64,000 bases of DNA from Octopus vulgaris (taxonomy: Eukaryota): assembly GCA_951406725.2 (NCBI GenBank), contig OX597814.1, positions 55,986,001 through 56,050,000 of the forward strand, given 5' to 3'. The translations under genes and the position numbers were made by a program. The notes below the pieces were generated by a model. It searched no databases. It saw only the letters and a list, made by a program, of their open reading frames with translations, and was not told the origin of the DNA. Shown piece by piece: positions 51,800-64,000 of the stretch. The first letter of the stretch is position 1; every line of letters starts with the position of its first letter.

Positions 51800-52590
51800 A
51801 GGTGGCATGCTGGCAGAATTGTTAGCATGCTGGGCAAAATGCTTAGCGTCATTTTGTATTGAGGTCAACTTTACCTTTCATCCTTTTTGGGGTTGGTAAA
51901 ATAAGTATTAGTTGAAAACTGGAGTTATGTAATTGACTTATCCCATCCCTGAAATTGCTGGCCTTGTACCAAAATTTGAAGCCATTATTATTATCGTTAT
52001 TCCACCAAAGTCGACTTTAAGTTGGCGAGCTGGCAGAACCATTAGCATGCTGGACAAAATTTCTTGGTAGCATTTTATGCAGCTTTACTTTCTGAGTTCA
52101 AATTCTGCCAAGGTTAACTTTACATTTCCTCTTTCCAGGGTTGATAAAAAAGTATCAGTTAAGGAGTGGGGTTGATATAATCAACCAGCACCTTCCTCAT
52201 AGAATTTCAGGCCTTGTGCTTATTATATTATTTTTATGTTTCATCTTTGTTAATCTCAGACACTTAGGTGTTAAATGGTCGGATATTTCAGTTATGGAGC
52301 AGTTAGCAACAAGCTGACAATGGTCTCTTACTGCTTCCTCTCCGTGCCTTACATAGACAAGAATTTCCATAAAATTTTTGCTGTAAATATTATTATTATT
52401 ATCAAGGCAGTGAGCAGGTAGAATTGTTAGTACAACATTATGGCCTGAGTTCAAATTCTGCTGAGGTCGACTTAGCCTTTCATTCTTTTGGGGTCGATAA
52501 TTTAAGTACCAGTGAAATTCTGGGATTGATGTAATCAACTAGTCCCCTCCCCTGAAATTCCAGGCCTTGTGCCTATAATAGAAAGGAGTA
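51800..52590 (+). mobile_element. Cluster of three co-oriented family B SINEs (about 51800-51990, 52022-52220, 52404-52590)
   Basis: Each has GGCAGAA..TTAG, the Nin core and an (ATT)n tail. Confidence 0.8.
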
Positions 52591-52605
52591 TTGTTATTAT
52601 TATTA

Positions 52606-52667
<62 letters not shown>

Positions 52668-54934
52668 ATAATGGTGGTGTTGTTAGTGGTGATGGCAGTG
52701 AAAAGGAGGAAGAGATGGAAGAGGCTGTATATATCATTTATAATATCTTATACATTTACAAGAAAACTCTCCTCCACATCTAGCACAGAATAAGTATACA
52801 TAAAAGATTAGGTTAATAGCTATAAAAATGTTTTATTACTTCAGTAAAAACCTATCTCAGGAATCCGTATATATGTATACGAGTGTGTGTGTGTGCAAGT
52901 TTTTTTTTTTGTTTGCTTTCTCCTTGAAAAGTGTCTTAATAATATTAGTACATGAATGTGTTCTTAATTATTCTAAATATCTTTCTAATAGTTTTAGGCG
53001 TTGATAAAACTATATGGCTTAGATATTCACTTTGCAGTCACATAATACCAGGTGTGATTCCATTGTGTAACACCTTGACTAATTGTCTTTTACTATAGTC
53101 TCACGTTGACCAATACCATTTGAATGGAATTTACTTGATGAGATCTATGCAAAACCTTGTGTATGTGTGTGTTTATGTATGTATATATGTCTTGGGTATG
53201 ATATTAATCTGCATCCTATGGTAAGGCTTCAGTTTGGGAATTCCAGAGTTGTGAGGGGCATGGAATCGCCCCTTAATTATCATTACTTCCTGGTTCTTGC
53301 CTGGAACAATGTTACCTGTCAGAGCACCAACTATGATTTAAATAGATTTCCCAAGGGTTAGGAGGCTCCTGTTATCTTTTCCTAAAGCCATGAGAAAGGC
53401 AGTTCTTCTAGGAGAAAAGTACACAGCTATAAAATTTTCAGTCATCTTGCAATGCTTGTCACTGGAACCTATTATGGTGACCAAGAGGGTGACAAAAGTC
53501 TTGTACAAGCTTTCCTCCCTTAATTTCAATGATGTACAAACATCTCATTATCATTTCATTTCTTGATCCGTCTTGCATTTTATGAAGTCCTATGGCAATG
53601 GATTGTGGCATGAAAAGTCATATCTGCCTGCAAGCATGGATGAAAGCAAATCAGGACAATCAGGCTGAATGTGAGCCAGCTATCATCTGACAAAATGAGG
53701 CAATCATCATATACTTAGAGGGTGATTCAAATGGTCTTTTAGTATTTTAATTTTATCTCACATTTAAATGCTATGGGGACTTCTGAATCAATTTGTCTAT
53801 ACATTTGTGTGTGTGTGTTTTGCAAACTGGTATGTCAGATGGCATCCTTCTATTCTAAAAATGTAAGTTAGGAATCTGCTGTATGCTATTGAAGTAGTAT
53901 TTAATTAAAATAGCCATCTCTGTATCACATTCAATGTATACACTCTGTTGATGGACCAGTTATTGCAGTAATAGTCCTGAAATAACATTTCTTATGGGAA
54001 TATTGTGTTAAAAACACAATAAGTATCAGAGACAGATGAAAATTCATCTCAGGTGTTGCCAGTAAGTGTGCCAGATGTATTTTAATCTTTTTGGGCCTTT
54101 CCATTTGTATATATTCACAGCCAGTCACGTGCTTGGATAAGAATTCATCATCTTTGATGTTGGAAAAAATATAACATTCACTGATGTTGCAAATAGATAA
54201 CTTGGGACAAATTGTTGTCTCTCTCTCTTTGATACTTATTGTGTTTTTAACACAGCAAGCTCATCAAAGATATTATCTCTGAACAAATATTGCAGTAACA
54301 GTTCTATCAACAGTGTGTATACATTAAGTATGATACATAGATGGTTATTGTAACTTCAGAATTAGATTGAGATAATAAAGATTCAGTATGACATTAAGTA
54401 TAAAAGACTAAGTATGAAACTATGTGTTGGGCTAGATGCAACAAAAAGCAAAAGGAAAAAATAAACTTGAACATGGTGCTCCAGAATGGTCATAGTCCAA
54501 TGAGTAAAGTAGAAAGATAAAGAAAAGGAGCATAATGCACTAAATTACTAGAATTTCTTTTTAGTTAATAGCCCTACTAAAAGATAGACACTAGAGTTTA
54601 CTCAGATGGTAAACACCTGGATGTACAGAATCCATTACATAATATAAAGCACTAAGCTACGATCAATAAAATATGTAGTAATATACTGAAGGTGTATCAA
54701 ATGACTGAGTTTGTTGCCTATCTAAAGAGAATCATTACTGTAATTCTTAATTATATCAGCTACAATCAATAAATCCAAATGTTTGTTTAGTGTTGTTTTC
54801 CTCCCAAATGAATATTGCTAATCGCATTTATTTCCAATTCAATATTTGTTTATTAGTATTATTTTGTTGTGTTGATTAACAGGATATTCAAAATTCCTAC
54901 CCTTATACTATAAATGTGTGTGTTCTAGCCATAG

Positions 54935-54964
<30 letters not shown>

Positions 54965-54966
<2 letters not shown>

Positions 54967-55235
54967 CATAAGCATGGCTATCTGGCCAAGAAGTTGCTTT
55001 ACAGCCACGGTTTTGGGTTCAGTCCTACAATGTGAAACCTTGGACAAGTGTCGTCTACTATAACCCTGGGCTAACTGATGCCTTGTAAATGAATTTGGTT
55101 GATGAAACAATGTGGAAACCCATTGTGTATGTGTGTACATATGTATATATATATATACATATGCACACACACACACATCATCATTTAATGTCTTCCTTTC
55201 ATGCTGGCATGGGTTGGATGGTTTGACAAGAGCTG
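54965..55235. mobile_element. Family A SINE 5' part (+) abutting an RTE tail (-)
   Basis: GGGTTCAGTCC..CTTGGACAAGTGTC, then (CAT)n TTAATGTC..ATGCTGGCATGGGTTGGA. Confidence 0.65.
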
Positions 55236-55414
55236 TCCACGTGTTTCAACTGCACAAAACTTCCACTATTTCATTAATTAAAATTTTTTAGATTACTACA
55301 CTAATTATGACAGTGCCCACTTTACTAATTGCTTTTTTTTTAATGCAGCGTCATCCCTCACTATTTTTCTTAATTATTCCTTTAAATTATAACACCACTC
55401 ATAATTCATTCATA

Positions 55415-55467
<53 letters not shown>

Positions 55468-55876
55468 TATAGTTATTTAAAATCTGGTAGTAATGTTTAG
55501 GCTGCTTCACCCAACGAAGTTTAATAAGGCTAAAAATATGTCCATATTGTCTCCCTACTTCTAAAAATCAAACTCACTTCTCACTGCATTCTAATTTTAA
55601 TTAATTTTAATCAATTCTGGAGCTGTCTCCTCTCCTCTTCTTAACTGAAGCTACTAGTTAATCCAAAATCTTGGTTTACTACAAGTAGTATCCAGTCATT
55701 TTATTACTTAGTGCTGTTTGCTTTACTTGCTGTTTTATCCTACCTTGGAGTTGCATTTCCACCATAGCATGAAGCTCTTCTTGCATCACTCCTACATTTT
55801 CAGTAACTTCAATTGGGGTAATATTCTTAGAATTTTTCAAAGTTACTAGATTTCCATTTACTTAAGTATTCGTTGA

Positions 55877-56007
55877 ACTCCTTGCGACTTTGAGTTTCAC
55901 AGGCTTCTTACCTAGCTCATTTAGGCTCAGATTATCAAATTTTTAATCTGAACCTGAATGAGCTAGGTTTCTGAAAGACACCCGTGGAACTTTAAGTTTC
56001 ATGGAGC
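55877..56007. repeat. Foldback, about 130 bp, with a 25-bp near-perfect inner stem
   Basis: ACCTAGCTCATTTAGGCTCAGATTA (55910-55934) pairs with TAATCTGAACCTGAATGAGCTAGGT (55944-55968); the outer arms are more diverged. Confidence 0.8.
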
Positions 56008-56282
56008 TGTTTCCATGTGTTTTAAATATTAATATATATGTATAGTATAAATATATAATATGTATGGATAGTATAAATATATAATATGTATGGATAGTAT
56101 AAATATATAATATAAATATTTAATATATATATACATCAGTATGGAGCAAATAATTCACTAGAGAAAATAATACACGAAAAAATAATTTGCAAAGATATTA
56201 ACTCTATTATTATCTACGTCCTTTGATTATTTATAATATATATATAATATGTATATATGTATAATATAAATAAATAATATAT

Positions 56283-56329
<47 letters not shown>

Positions 56330-56898
56330 CAAATGAAAAACAGAAGATGGAATATACAAGAATTTATTATTAATCACTTAATCATGAAAATTGTTTTGAT
56401 GGGTCTAGCATTGATTCCTCTTGGGTGGGACTCTCAACAACTGGTTCAGGAGCATCTGGTGGTGCAGATGTATCTCGTTGGATGATAAATAAATAAAAAC
56501 AGCTCGTTAAAATGATAGCTCCACAATGTAACTTTCCATTTTGTAGAGAGAAAAACAGTTAGACGGAGGAAAAATCTTCATATATATAGAAGATCAAAAA
56601 TAAAATTGCAGATGACAAAAAGAGAAACGAACATGTAATTCAGCAAGAAAAATATTGAAAATAACTGTTAACAGATATGGATGTATAAACGCTCTTGGGC
56701 AAGCTGCATGGCATGAGTACACGTGCTCATACAAACATCAGTAAAAATGTGAGCATACACAAACGCGAGGTTTGGTGCACTCATGATCACAAACCGAGTT
56801 AGTTATTTACTTGGTGTTTAGAAGAATGGGGAGGTTAAAAGTAAATTTAAATCATCCAAACCTTAATGTAAATTAAATTACATTAAGTTAATGGTCAC

Positions 56899-57350
56899 TC
56901 AAAATTCATTCTCACCGCATTGTGCGAAAGTACATTTATATGCATGCAGACATCTTGACAGTCGTTCAGAAATTCTATTAATTATCTTCTCGTTAGTCCA
57001 CAGAATAGACAGGGATTCCTCGGAGCAGAGATGGCATCTCCTGGAAATTACATTGTATGGTTTTGCATGTCTAACTATGGACCAATTAATGTTGTACTTC
57101 AATTTGCCCTCCTTCTGTAGCCATATAAAATCTACCAAAGATGTTGAATGTCTTTTATTGATTGACTTAAAGCTGGCATCATGGTTATGATAATGATTCT
57201 TAAATGAATCAGCTGTCTGCCTAATGTAAACACAGGGCCCTCCCCTTGTGTGCACGGTACATTTATATACAAGATTTGTACTCATACAGAGATTCATCAA
57301 AGGATATTTTGATGTATCTCTGCATGAATATTTATTGTATTTATTTGTAT
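56899..57350 (-). pseudogene. GIY-YIG endonuclease domain of the Penelope-like element
   Basis: YSCRDTSKYPLMNLC..NLVYKCTV..VYIRQT..FKNHYHNH..SF..TSLVDFIW..WSIV..Y..CHLCSEE..INR..E..RCLH. Confidence 0.85.
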
Positions 57351-57351
57351 A

Positions 57352-58658
57352 CTAGCTGTTGTACCTAGTAATTCCTGGGGGTAAAGATGTTCTATTTAAA
57401 TGCCTTATTACTCCGATATAAAAAAGCAATTTTGTTATAACTGCCATGAAAGGTGTATTTTCCACCGTGAAAAGGTACAAAAAACAGTCAACTGGAGGAG
57501 GGTGAGATTGTCGGAGGTTGGCGAGAGAGACTGTTGGAGGTTAGTAAGAGAGATTGTTAGAGGTTGTCAAGATACATTGTCGGAGATTGTCAAAAGAAGT
57601 TTTCTGAGGTTGTTGGAGGTTGGCGAGAGAGGTTGTCAGAGAGAGCGGCATCTTTGTTCTAAAATTTCAGTCTTGAAGGGCTTCGAGATACACAATGTTT
57701 TATAGTTTTGCTGTTGGGTGCATAGATGAATAAATTTTCCAGATTTCCAACTCTAGAGCATCCAGCATAGAGCTGTCCTTGAGAAAAAAACAGGATTGGG
57801 ACACACTTATTAAATACATTCTGGAATAAAAAATTTATCTACTGTCATCAATAAAGTTTAACTGGAAAAATGCAGAATTATCGGACATTCAAAGTGTAAT
57901 CAAATTTAATTGAAAACCCTGCAAGCAATTCCAGCAGGGTTGTTTGGGGATGTTGAAAAAATGTCTATTAATGGTCTAAATTAATTACAGCAATATGTAT
58001 TTAACTGTTTAGATATTGAAGTAGAATAGATGAAGAATAATTGTTTGATTTAGTAAATATCAAACATAATGAATCAGAGACTTACTTGAGATCGCTGTTG
58101 TCACATCAGAGCAGCTTCTGAAGTAGAAGTACCCACTTGTACTCTTAGTTATCATGGTATTTTAAAGCTTAACTTTATCAAGGCTAATTTATTAAAGCTA
58201 ATATATAAATGTAGTATATATGAGTGCAAAAAAGTATGTATGTATAGAAATGTATGAATGAAGTCTTTAAGGTTTAAGATTCAAATCAAGAAAGTGCAAT
58301 AATGTTTAGCAGTTCAAAACTGTGAGTAGTGAAATGCAGAATTAGGTCCCCTGATTGTGAGAATAAAATATTGATCACTTCGCTAAAAATTGACAATTGT
58401 AAATGCAGGTGCTATGGGTTATTTCCCTTGGATGTTAGAATAAAATATATTAGTTATATGTAGTAGATATAAGGATCCCTACCAGGAGCCCTATTATCGA
58501 TTTCTTTCAACAGTCTAAATATGTCATGAGGTTTCCAGACATGAGTTCTACACACGTGTCAAGTTTCATCAAAATCGATAAAATGATGTAGGAGGATTTA
58601 GCTAACAATTCCACAAACAAACACACCCACAGACAGAATTTCCCACATATGTAGTAGA
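57352..58658 (-). mobile_element. Non-autonomous Helitron (deletion derivative)
   Basis: Minus strand starts A|TC (58658) and ends CCCAGGAATTACTAGG-TACAACAG-CTAG|T (57352), with no TSD. It retains the helicase C-terminus. Confidence 0.8.
57667..57875 (-). pseudogene. Helitron RepHel (PIF1-like helicase) C-terminal remnant
   Basis: With frameshifts it reads HFPVKL..MTVDK...FSQGQLYAGCSRVGNLENLFIYAP..NIVYLEALQD*, matching QFPVRLAFAMTINK / FSHGQLYVALSRV / NIVY.E. Confidence 0.75.
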
Positions 58659-58829
58659 TTAGGCAGTCCTGACTCCATTTACCAGTGTTGTTACCATGCT
58701 AGCTGTACCATGAGTATTTCTACTACTACAAATTGGTTGAAGTTGATGTTTAACAATGTGGTTTACATGTCCTTGGTTGGTATGTAGATGCAAATGTTTG
58801 CTAGATCTAGTAGGTGGGTTATTGAACCT

Positions 58830-59900
58830 TTGCTACATTTTACTGTTGTTTATGCGGTGCATAAGCTGCTCTAAATTAGTAGAGTTGGCGTAGGATACCT
58901 TCAAGGTGTGTCGATTAAAAATAGCATGATGCCCATTAAATTTAAGAAAACACTTGTCCAAATCAGCAAAAAATTTTCCAGCGATCCTGGTTGAAACATG
59001 CAAACTGAAAATTGGGTTGAACCAGAAGTCATCCTAATTCCTATATCTGTTGTCAGGTTTATTTAATCGAGTGTGTTGTACAGGATTGGAACAAGCAGTT
59101 GAATTACTATGTCGCATGTGTATATGAGTTTCTGTTGGTAGTTCATTAACATGACCAATTCTTTCTTGCCTGTATTCTTTATCCGAGTATTATCTTGCCT
59201 GTATTCTTTCTCAAACGGTAACGTTATGGTGGTATATGATGTGCATTGCAGTTGTAGGAATTACTAGTGTTGCTTCTTGTATATATTGAATTTTATCACA
59301 ATACCCAGTTCTAGCTAGAGCATCATTATAATAAGATGCATGAAATTCGAAACTTTTACTGTTAGCAGATAATCTAGAGATTCTGGTAGAAATATTCTTA
59401 ACTAGTCCCCGTATAATCGAGGGTTGGATGCTCCATTAATGTACTTAATATGATCATTTGGCTTATGAAATGGTTCAAATAATTCAGCATCAAGACAGAA
59501 GATAGCATCAAGAAAATTCACTCTACGATAATCTTTACCTATAGTAATGTTTAGTCCTAAATTTTTGAAAAGTCTAAAGAAATTTTTCCTATGTCTTTCT
59601 AACAGTACTTTACTACTTCTGTCTAGAAAAAATAAGGCATCATCCCTATATAGACCCCCTGTTACTTCCGGAAAGGAAGACTGGATTAATGAAAGGATAT
59701 CAATTCCAACTAGGTCACTAGCCTGAGCAGAATCATGTGAGCCCATTGCTACATCAAATACATTTTCCCTATCTAATCTACTCCATAATGTACCATCAAA
59801 ATCTACTAGCATAGATCACACGGCAAGTATAATATCTATTTCGCATCGGGGACAAATCGAAATTTTTCATGCTAAAAATCAGGGCTTGATTAAGATATTG
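58830..59900 (-). pseudogene. Penelope-like reverse transcriptase, thumb and linker, disrupted
   Basis: ORF 59402-59812 plus out-of-frame continuations; YRDD catalytic motif. Confidence 0.85.
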
Positions 59901-62073
59901 AGCTAATGCTACTATGTCATTGTAATATATGAAGAACTAATTAACTAGTTAACTGTCCTTTGTGCATCATCAAGTGTACTTGTCCTTCCTACCTTTCTCT
60001 AATTTCTCAGTTAGATACTATAGTAAGCATGTTACTATGATAGTTTGGTACATTTAGATGTGTCATTGTAATGAAACAGAATCACCAAAATGTTATTACA
60101 AAAAAGAAAAAGAAAAAAAACCCAGCAAGTAGTATGAATAAGCTGCAGACAACGTGTTCCTAATGGAAAGAGAAACAAGAGCTATCTATTAAATTCAGCT
60201 CTAGTGCATAATGCAATTAAGGAAATTACACAAAACAATATTGCCTGACCTTCAGAGGCTATTTTATGATACTGGGAAAATCGAGATAATTTCCAAATAA
60301 TATTAGATGAAGTTTTATCTCACATTAGTTGGTTTATCAGTATTGTTGTTAATTTCTGTAGGTTATAATCAAGTGAGATTAGGATTGAGCTATAGATTAA
60401 TGGATCTTAAAATAAAAACTTTTCGGTTAGGAATAAATATATCAATCTGATTGAATGGGTATTTTGAAAGAATATCATATAATGTTGGGGTTAAGTTCAG
60501 AGACATACTCAATCAGGCAGTTATAGAATAAGGTCCAAACATGAAAATTGAGACTGAGATAAAGGATTAGAAGATTAAGGTTTTTAATTAAATTTGGGAC
60601 TTGGATAAGATGTTTGAAGATTTCATTTGTTTTTTTTTTCTCATTGTTAATCAATATGAGAAGAAGGAACAATATCCATAACTCTTATAGATCCCTTCAG
60701 TTAAGCAGCTTCAGCAGTGTTGATATCTAGTTTAAATACCTGCAGGATGATATCTATATATGGAGGAAGACCCAGAGCATAGCAATTATGGAGAGAGAGG
60801 ATTAGATTAAGTGTTTAGATCAAGGATTATGATTGGAGTGTTTACTACAAAGGTTTTGATTGGCTTAGGAGTTCAATACAAGGATTTTGAGAGTGTGACT
60901 ACAAGAGGACATAGACATGCTACTCACGCTTTTAAAGATTAGAAATTTGTTAAGAGAGAGAGAGAGATTTAGCTACAATATTAATCAAGGTGAGTATTTC
61001 TAGAAGCTCTTTCATGATTTGTGCTGGTAATAGTTTATTACATTTATTGTATATACAATATTTGCCTGTCATTTAATAGAAGTTTTAAAGGAATGATGGC
61101 AAATGAAAATAATAACATCCAAGAAAGTCGATTATCAATGAAATTAATTACTGTAAACTTCTTATAGAAATTATTTCACTTTATTAAATTAATTATATTT
61201 CAACTTAACAAAATGTTACTGCTTTGAATATTGATATATCAAAACAATGGTATTAATGCACTGCACTTGGAGTAGCAGTATGATCATATTTGTGTGCAGA
61301 TACTACTAAATAGTAGATTCATCTATTTATATATTTTTCTGTCAGCCGTCTTATCTAACTATCTATTTAATATTTTTATTTGTCTCTCTATCCTTATCAC
61401 ATGTTGTGCTTCTCTGTCTTGCTAAGATAAATGTTATACTTGCATATTCCTGAATTTGTAATCATTTTCTGCCTGTCTGTTTACAATATTTAGTTACGTC
61501 ATTAGTTTTATTGTGTAATACAAACTTTGGCGTTCGATGAAGTTTTTAAGGAAACTTCAAAGAAGTTCAGCAATGGAATATGTTACATACTGACATATGG
61601 ATTTATGTTTGCTTTTTAATGACTAAGTTAATAGAGTATGGGCAGCACTCATGACTTTACAGAGTCCCTGAGACTGGTGGGATAAAAATAAGAAGTTATC
61701 TTTGGGCTGGACACCTGGCCTAAAAGTTGGTCACAAAGTTAATTCCTTTAAGGGCATCCTTGTGCCAGCTGGTGTTAGGAGTGGTGTTACTTAACCTGTT
61801 AAAGGAATAAGCCTGCCAAGCAAAAACTGAAACACCAATGAGCTTCTGTACAGATTCTGTTTACCAAATTTCCCCCATTAGGCTTTGGTTAATCTAAGAC
61901 TATTAAGGAAGAAGACACTGCCTTAGGTGGCATACAGTAGAATTGAATCTATGTACTTGTGAAGTCATCTTAACCATGCAGTCATATCTATAAAGTAAAC
62001 AACTGTAAAGTACTTAATTCTATGGTAATAGTTTAGCTCAACAGGAAAAATAAAACTGTGTAAATGGTATGAC

Positions 62074-62086
<13 letters not shown>

Positions 62087-62105
<19 letters not shown>

Positions 62106-62551
62106 GAGGAAGAGATGGAGAGAGAGAGGAGGAAGAGATGGAGAGAGAGAGGATGAAGAGATGGAGAGAGTGAGAGGAGGAAGAGGTGGAGAGAGATAGA
62201 GAGAGGAGGAAGAGATGGAGAGAGAGAGAGAGGAGGAAGAGATGGAAAGAGAGAGAGGAGGAAGAGATGGAGAGAGAGAGAGGAGGAAGAGATGGAGAGA
62301 GAGAGAGGAGGAAGAGATGGAGAGAGAGAGAGGAGGAAGAGATGGTGAGAGAGAGAGGAGGAAGAGATGGAGAGAGAAAGAGAGGAGGAAGAGATGGAGA
62401 GAGAGAGAGGAGGAAGAGATGGTGAGAGAGAGAGGAGGAAGAGATGGAGAGAGAGAGAGAGAGAGGAGGAAGAGATGGAGAGAGAGAGAGGGAGGAGGAA
62501 GAGATGGAGAGAGAGAGAGAGGAGGAAGAGATGGAGAGAGAGAGAGAGAGA
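62087..62551. repeat. Polypurine minisatellite (GA)n-GGAGGAAGAGATG, about 20 units
   Basis: Directly visible; unit about 21-27 bp, varying in GA count. It explains the low-complexity ORFs at 61965-62580. Confidence 0.95.
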
Positions 62552-64000
62552 TCATTTTAAAAGTTCCTTTTAACAGTTAGAAAAGAATATATGTGTCATC
62601 AGTTGGTGTTAAAAGTTCTACATAAGTCAGTAAATAGGAGATGATAGTGATGCTGAGTTAAGTGAGTCCTTCCTAGATCCTTAAAGATTAGTCAGTCAGT
62701 GAGCCAATAAGAGGTCCTTCATGATCTCTCAATCTGTTAGAAGTAGCAGTCTGCTCAACCAGAGATGAACTGAGGCTAAACAAAAGCAGCTATTCAATCA
62801 AGTACTGTATTAATTTTAATATTTTAAATTGTAAAACTGTCTTTGACACACCTAATAATTGAATGTACTCACAAAAAGATAGCCTTGTTACGAATACTTA
62901 CTAGAGCTACAGCTATATTCCATTATATGTCTGAAAGCAAAAATCAATTGATTCATCAAGGATAGGGCATGGTTGAATGCTTTTTTTTAATATTATGTGT
63001 GGATAAAACAAGTACTTTTGATGCAGCAAAGTAGACTTGATGGCTTTATCACCATCATTATCAGTATTATCATTAATATTCTAAGGACAATAAAATGTTT
63101 ATGGACAAGTAGAAATAAATTGATATGGTTTGAATATAATTCTTGTTTCTAACTACTTTCTGTACCCATCATAAGTTTTTGATATAGAAAAACATTTGTT
63201 ATGAAAAATTAATCACTATAGAAACCAATTATTTCTTTTGAAGCTAACAAGTGAAACTGTATATGGTTAGCAGCTCAACCTGCTGGAAATAGAAGTAAAA
63301 TCTCATATTCTATTATTTGGCTAAAGCGGACTTATTGGATGAGATGGTTCTATATGCATTCTGAAAATGAAGATGGGATGATCATGACTGAAATATTTTT
63401 GACCATGGGTCTGCTCTATTAGAGTTTACCCTTAGCTAAACAATGACGTTCCTTCTTCTGAATAAGCACAGGGACAGTATTTATTGAAAGGCTGGCATGA
63501 GATACTGTTGAATGGTTCAAATCCAATGTATGATAGCTGCTGGCACCTATTCTATCAATTCTTTAGATGACCAGCCATTGGCTAATGTAAACTTAGGCAC
63601 ATTATGCTTGAAAAAGAAACACAAAGTTATCATAACTAGAACATCTTTGATATTTGGCCTGCTGGAATAGTACTGATCAAAAAATGCAAGATCAAAAAGT
63701 ACAAGGATAAAAAGTGAAGTCAAGCTAGGAAACTGTTAACTTAGAATAATGATGCATTTTTACTAGAGATAAGGCCAATTTTCATTGGTGAGTTGTATAA
63801 TCAACAGATTAAATCCCAGTAGATGACTGATATTGGCATTTGTTTTATTGACTTGCTGAGACAGAAGAGATGAAGATAACTCAATCAGAATTTGAATTCA
63901 CAACTAAGAGATGAAACTACACTAACAGTTATGAATCCATTCCTTTTATTGTAATTCAATTCAATTCACATCTAGGAAACATTATAAGAATTGACAGCAC

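Larger units (their letters stand above)
56340..59900 (-). mobile_element. Penelope-like retroelement (Naiad-type), 5'-truncated, interrupted by a Helitron
   Basis: RT (MGSHDSAQASDLVG, GGLYRDDAL, VNFLD), thumb (RISRLSANS..YNDALARTGY), linker (FWFNPIFS..IFNRHTLKVSY) and GIY-YIG endonuclease are collinear on the minus strand. The 3' boundary is approximate. Confidence 0.85.

Noticed and set aside
56899-57350. Selenoprotein-type Naiad (UGA at conserved Cys)
   Set aside because: Cys positions here are TGY or mutated to Tyr; no in-frame TGA at ligand sites and no SECIS recognised by eye.
60740-60995. CTGCAG acceptor and CAAG|GTGAGT donor pair
   Set aside because: No open coding frame or other support; such sites occur by chance.
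61530-61570. TCGATGA...GAAACTTCAAAG resembling the 25-kb hammerhead
   Set aside because: Core is mutated, there is no UH and no stem I; a simple TGAAGTTT/AAACTTCA hairpin explains it.

Overview
AT-rich eukaryotic genomic DNA, intronic or intergenic, almost certainly from an octopod cephalopod (inferred from the SINE families and microsatellite density). No host protein-coding gene can be supported, and most ORF-track entries are microsatellite or SINE artefacts. The window is a dense transposon graveyard: (1) three or four tRNA-derived SINE families, one with a Nin-type central domain, with dozens of copies; (2) a 5'-truncated RTE LINE (18961-20940) with a PHD-like C4HC3 finger inside its RT ORF and 67-bp 3'UTR repeats; (3) a probable solo LTR; (4) a Dong/R4-type fragment sitting in a (TAA)n tract; (5) a CR1-like RT relic; (6) Tc1 and mariner pseudo-transposases; (7) hAT, piggyBac and mariner MITEs with readable TSDs; (8) a Naiad-type Penelope-like element (RT + GIY-YIG) split by a Helitron. 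The most notable unannotated signal is a recurring set of type-I hammerhead ribozyme motifs, each in or next to an inverted-repeat foldback (about 400, 17.6-18.1 kb, 25.0 kb, and weaker ones at 48.6 kb and 55.9 kb). The copy at 17991-18045 has an intact catalytic core. There is also an isolated pre-miRNA-sized hairpin at 44729-44787. All calls are by eye; no searches or folding programs were run.
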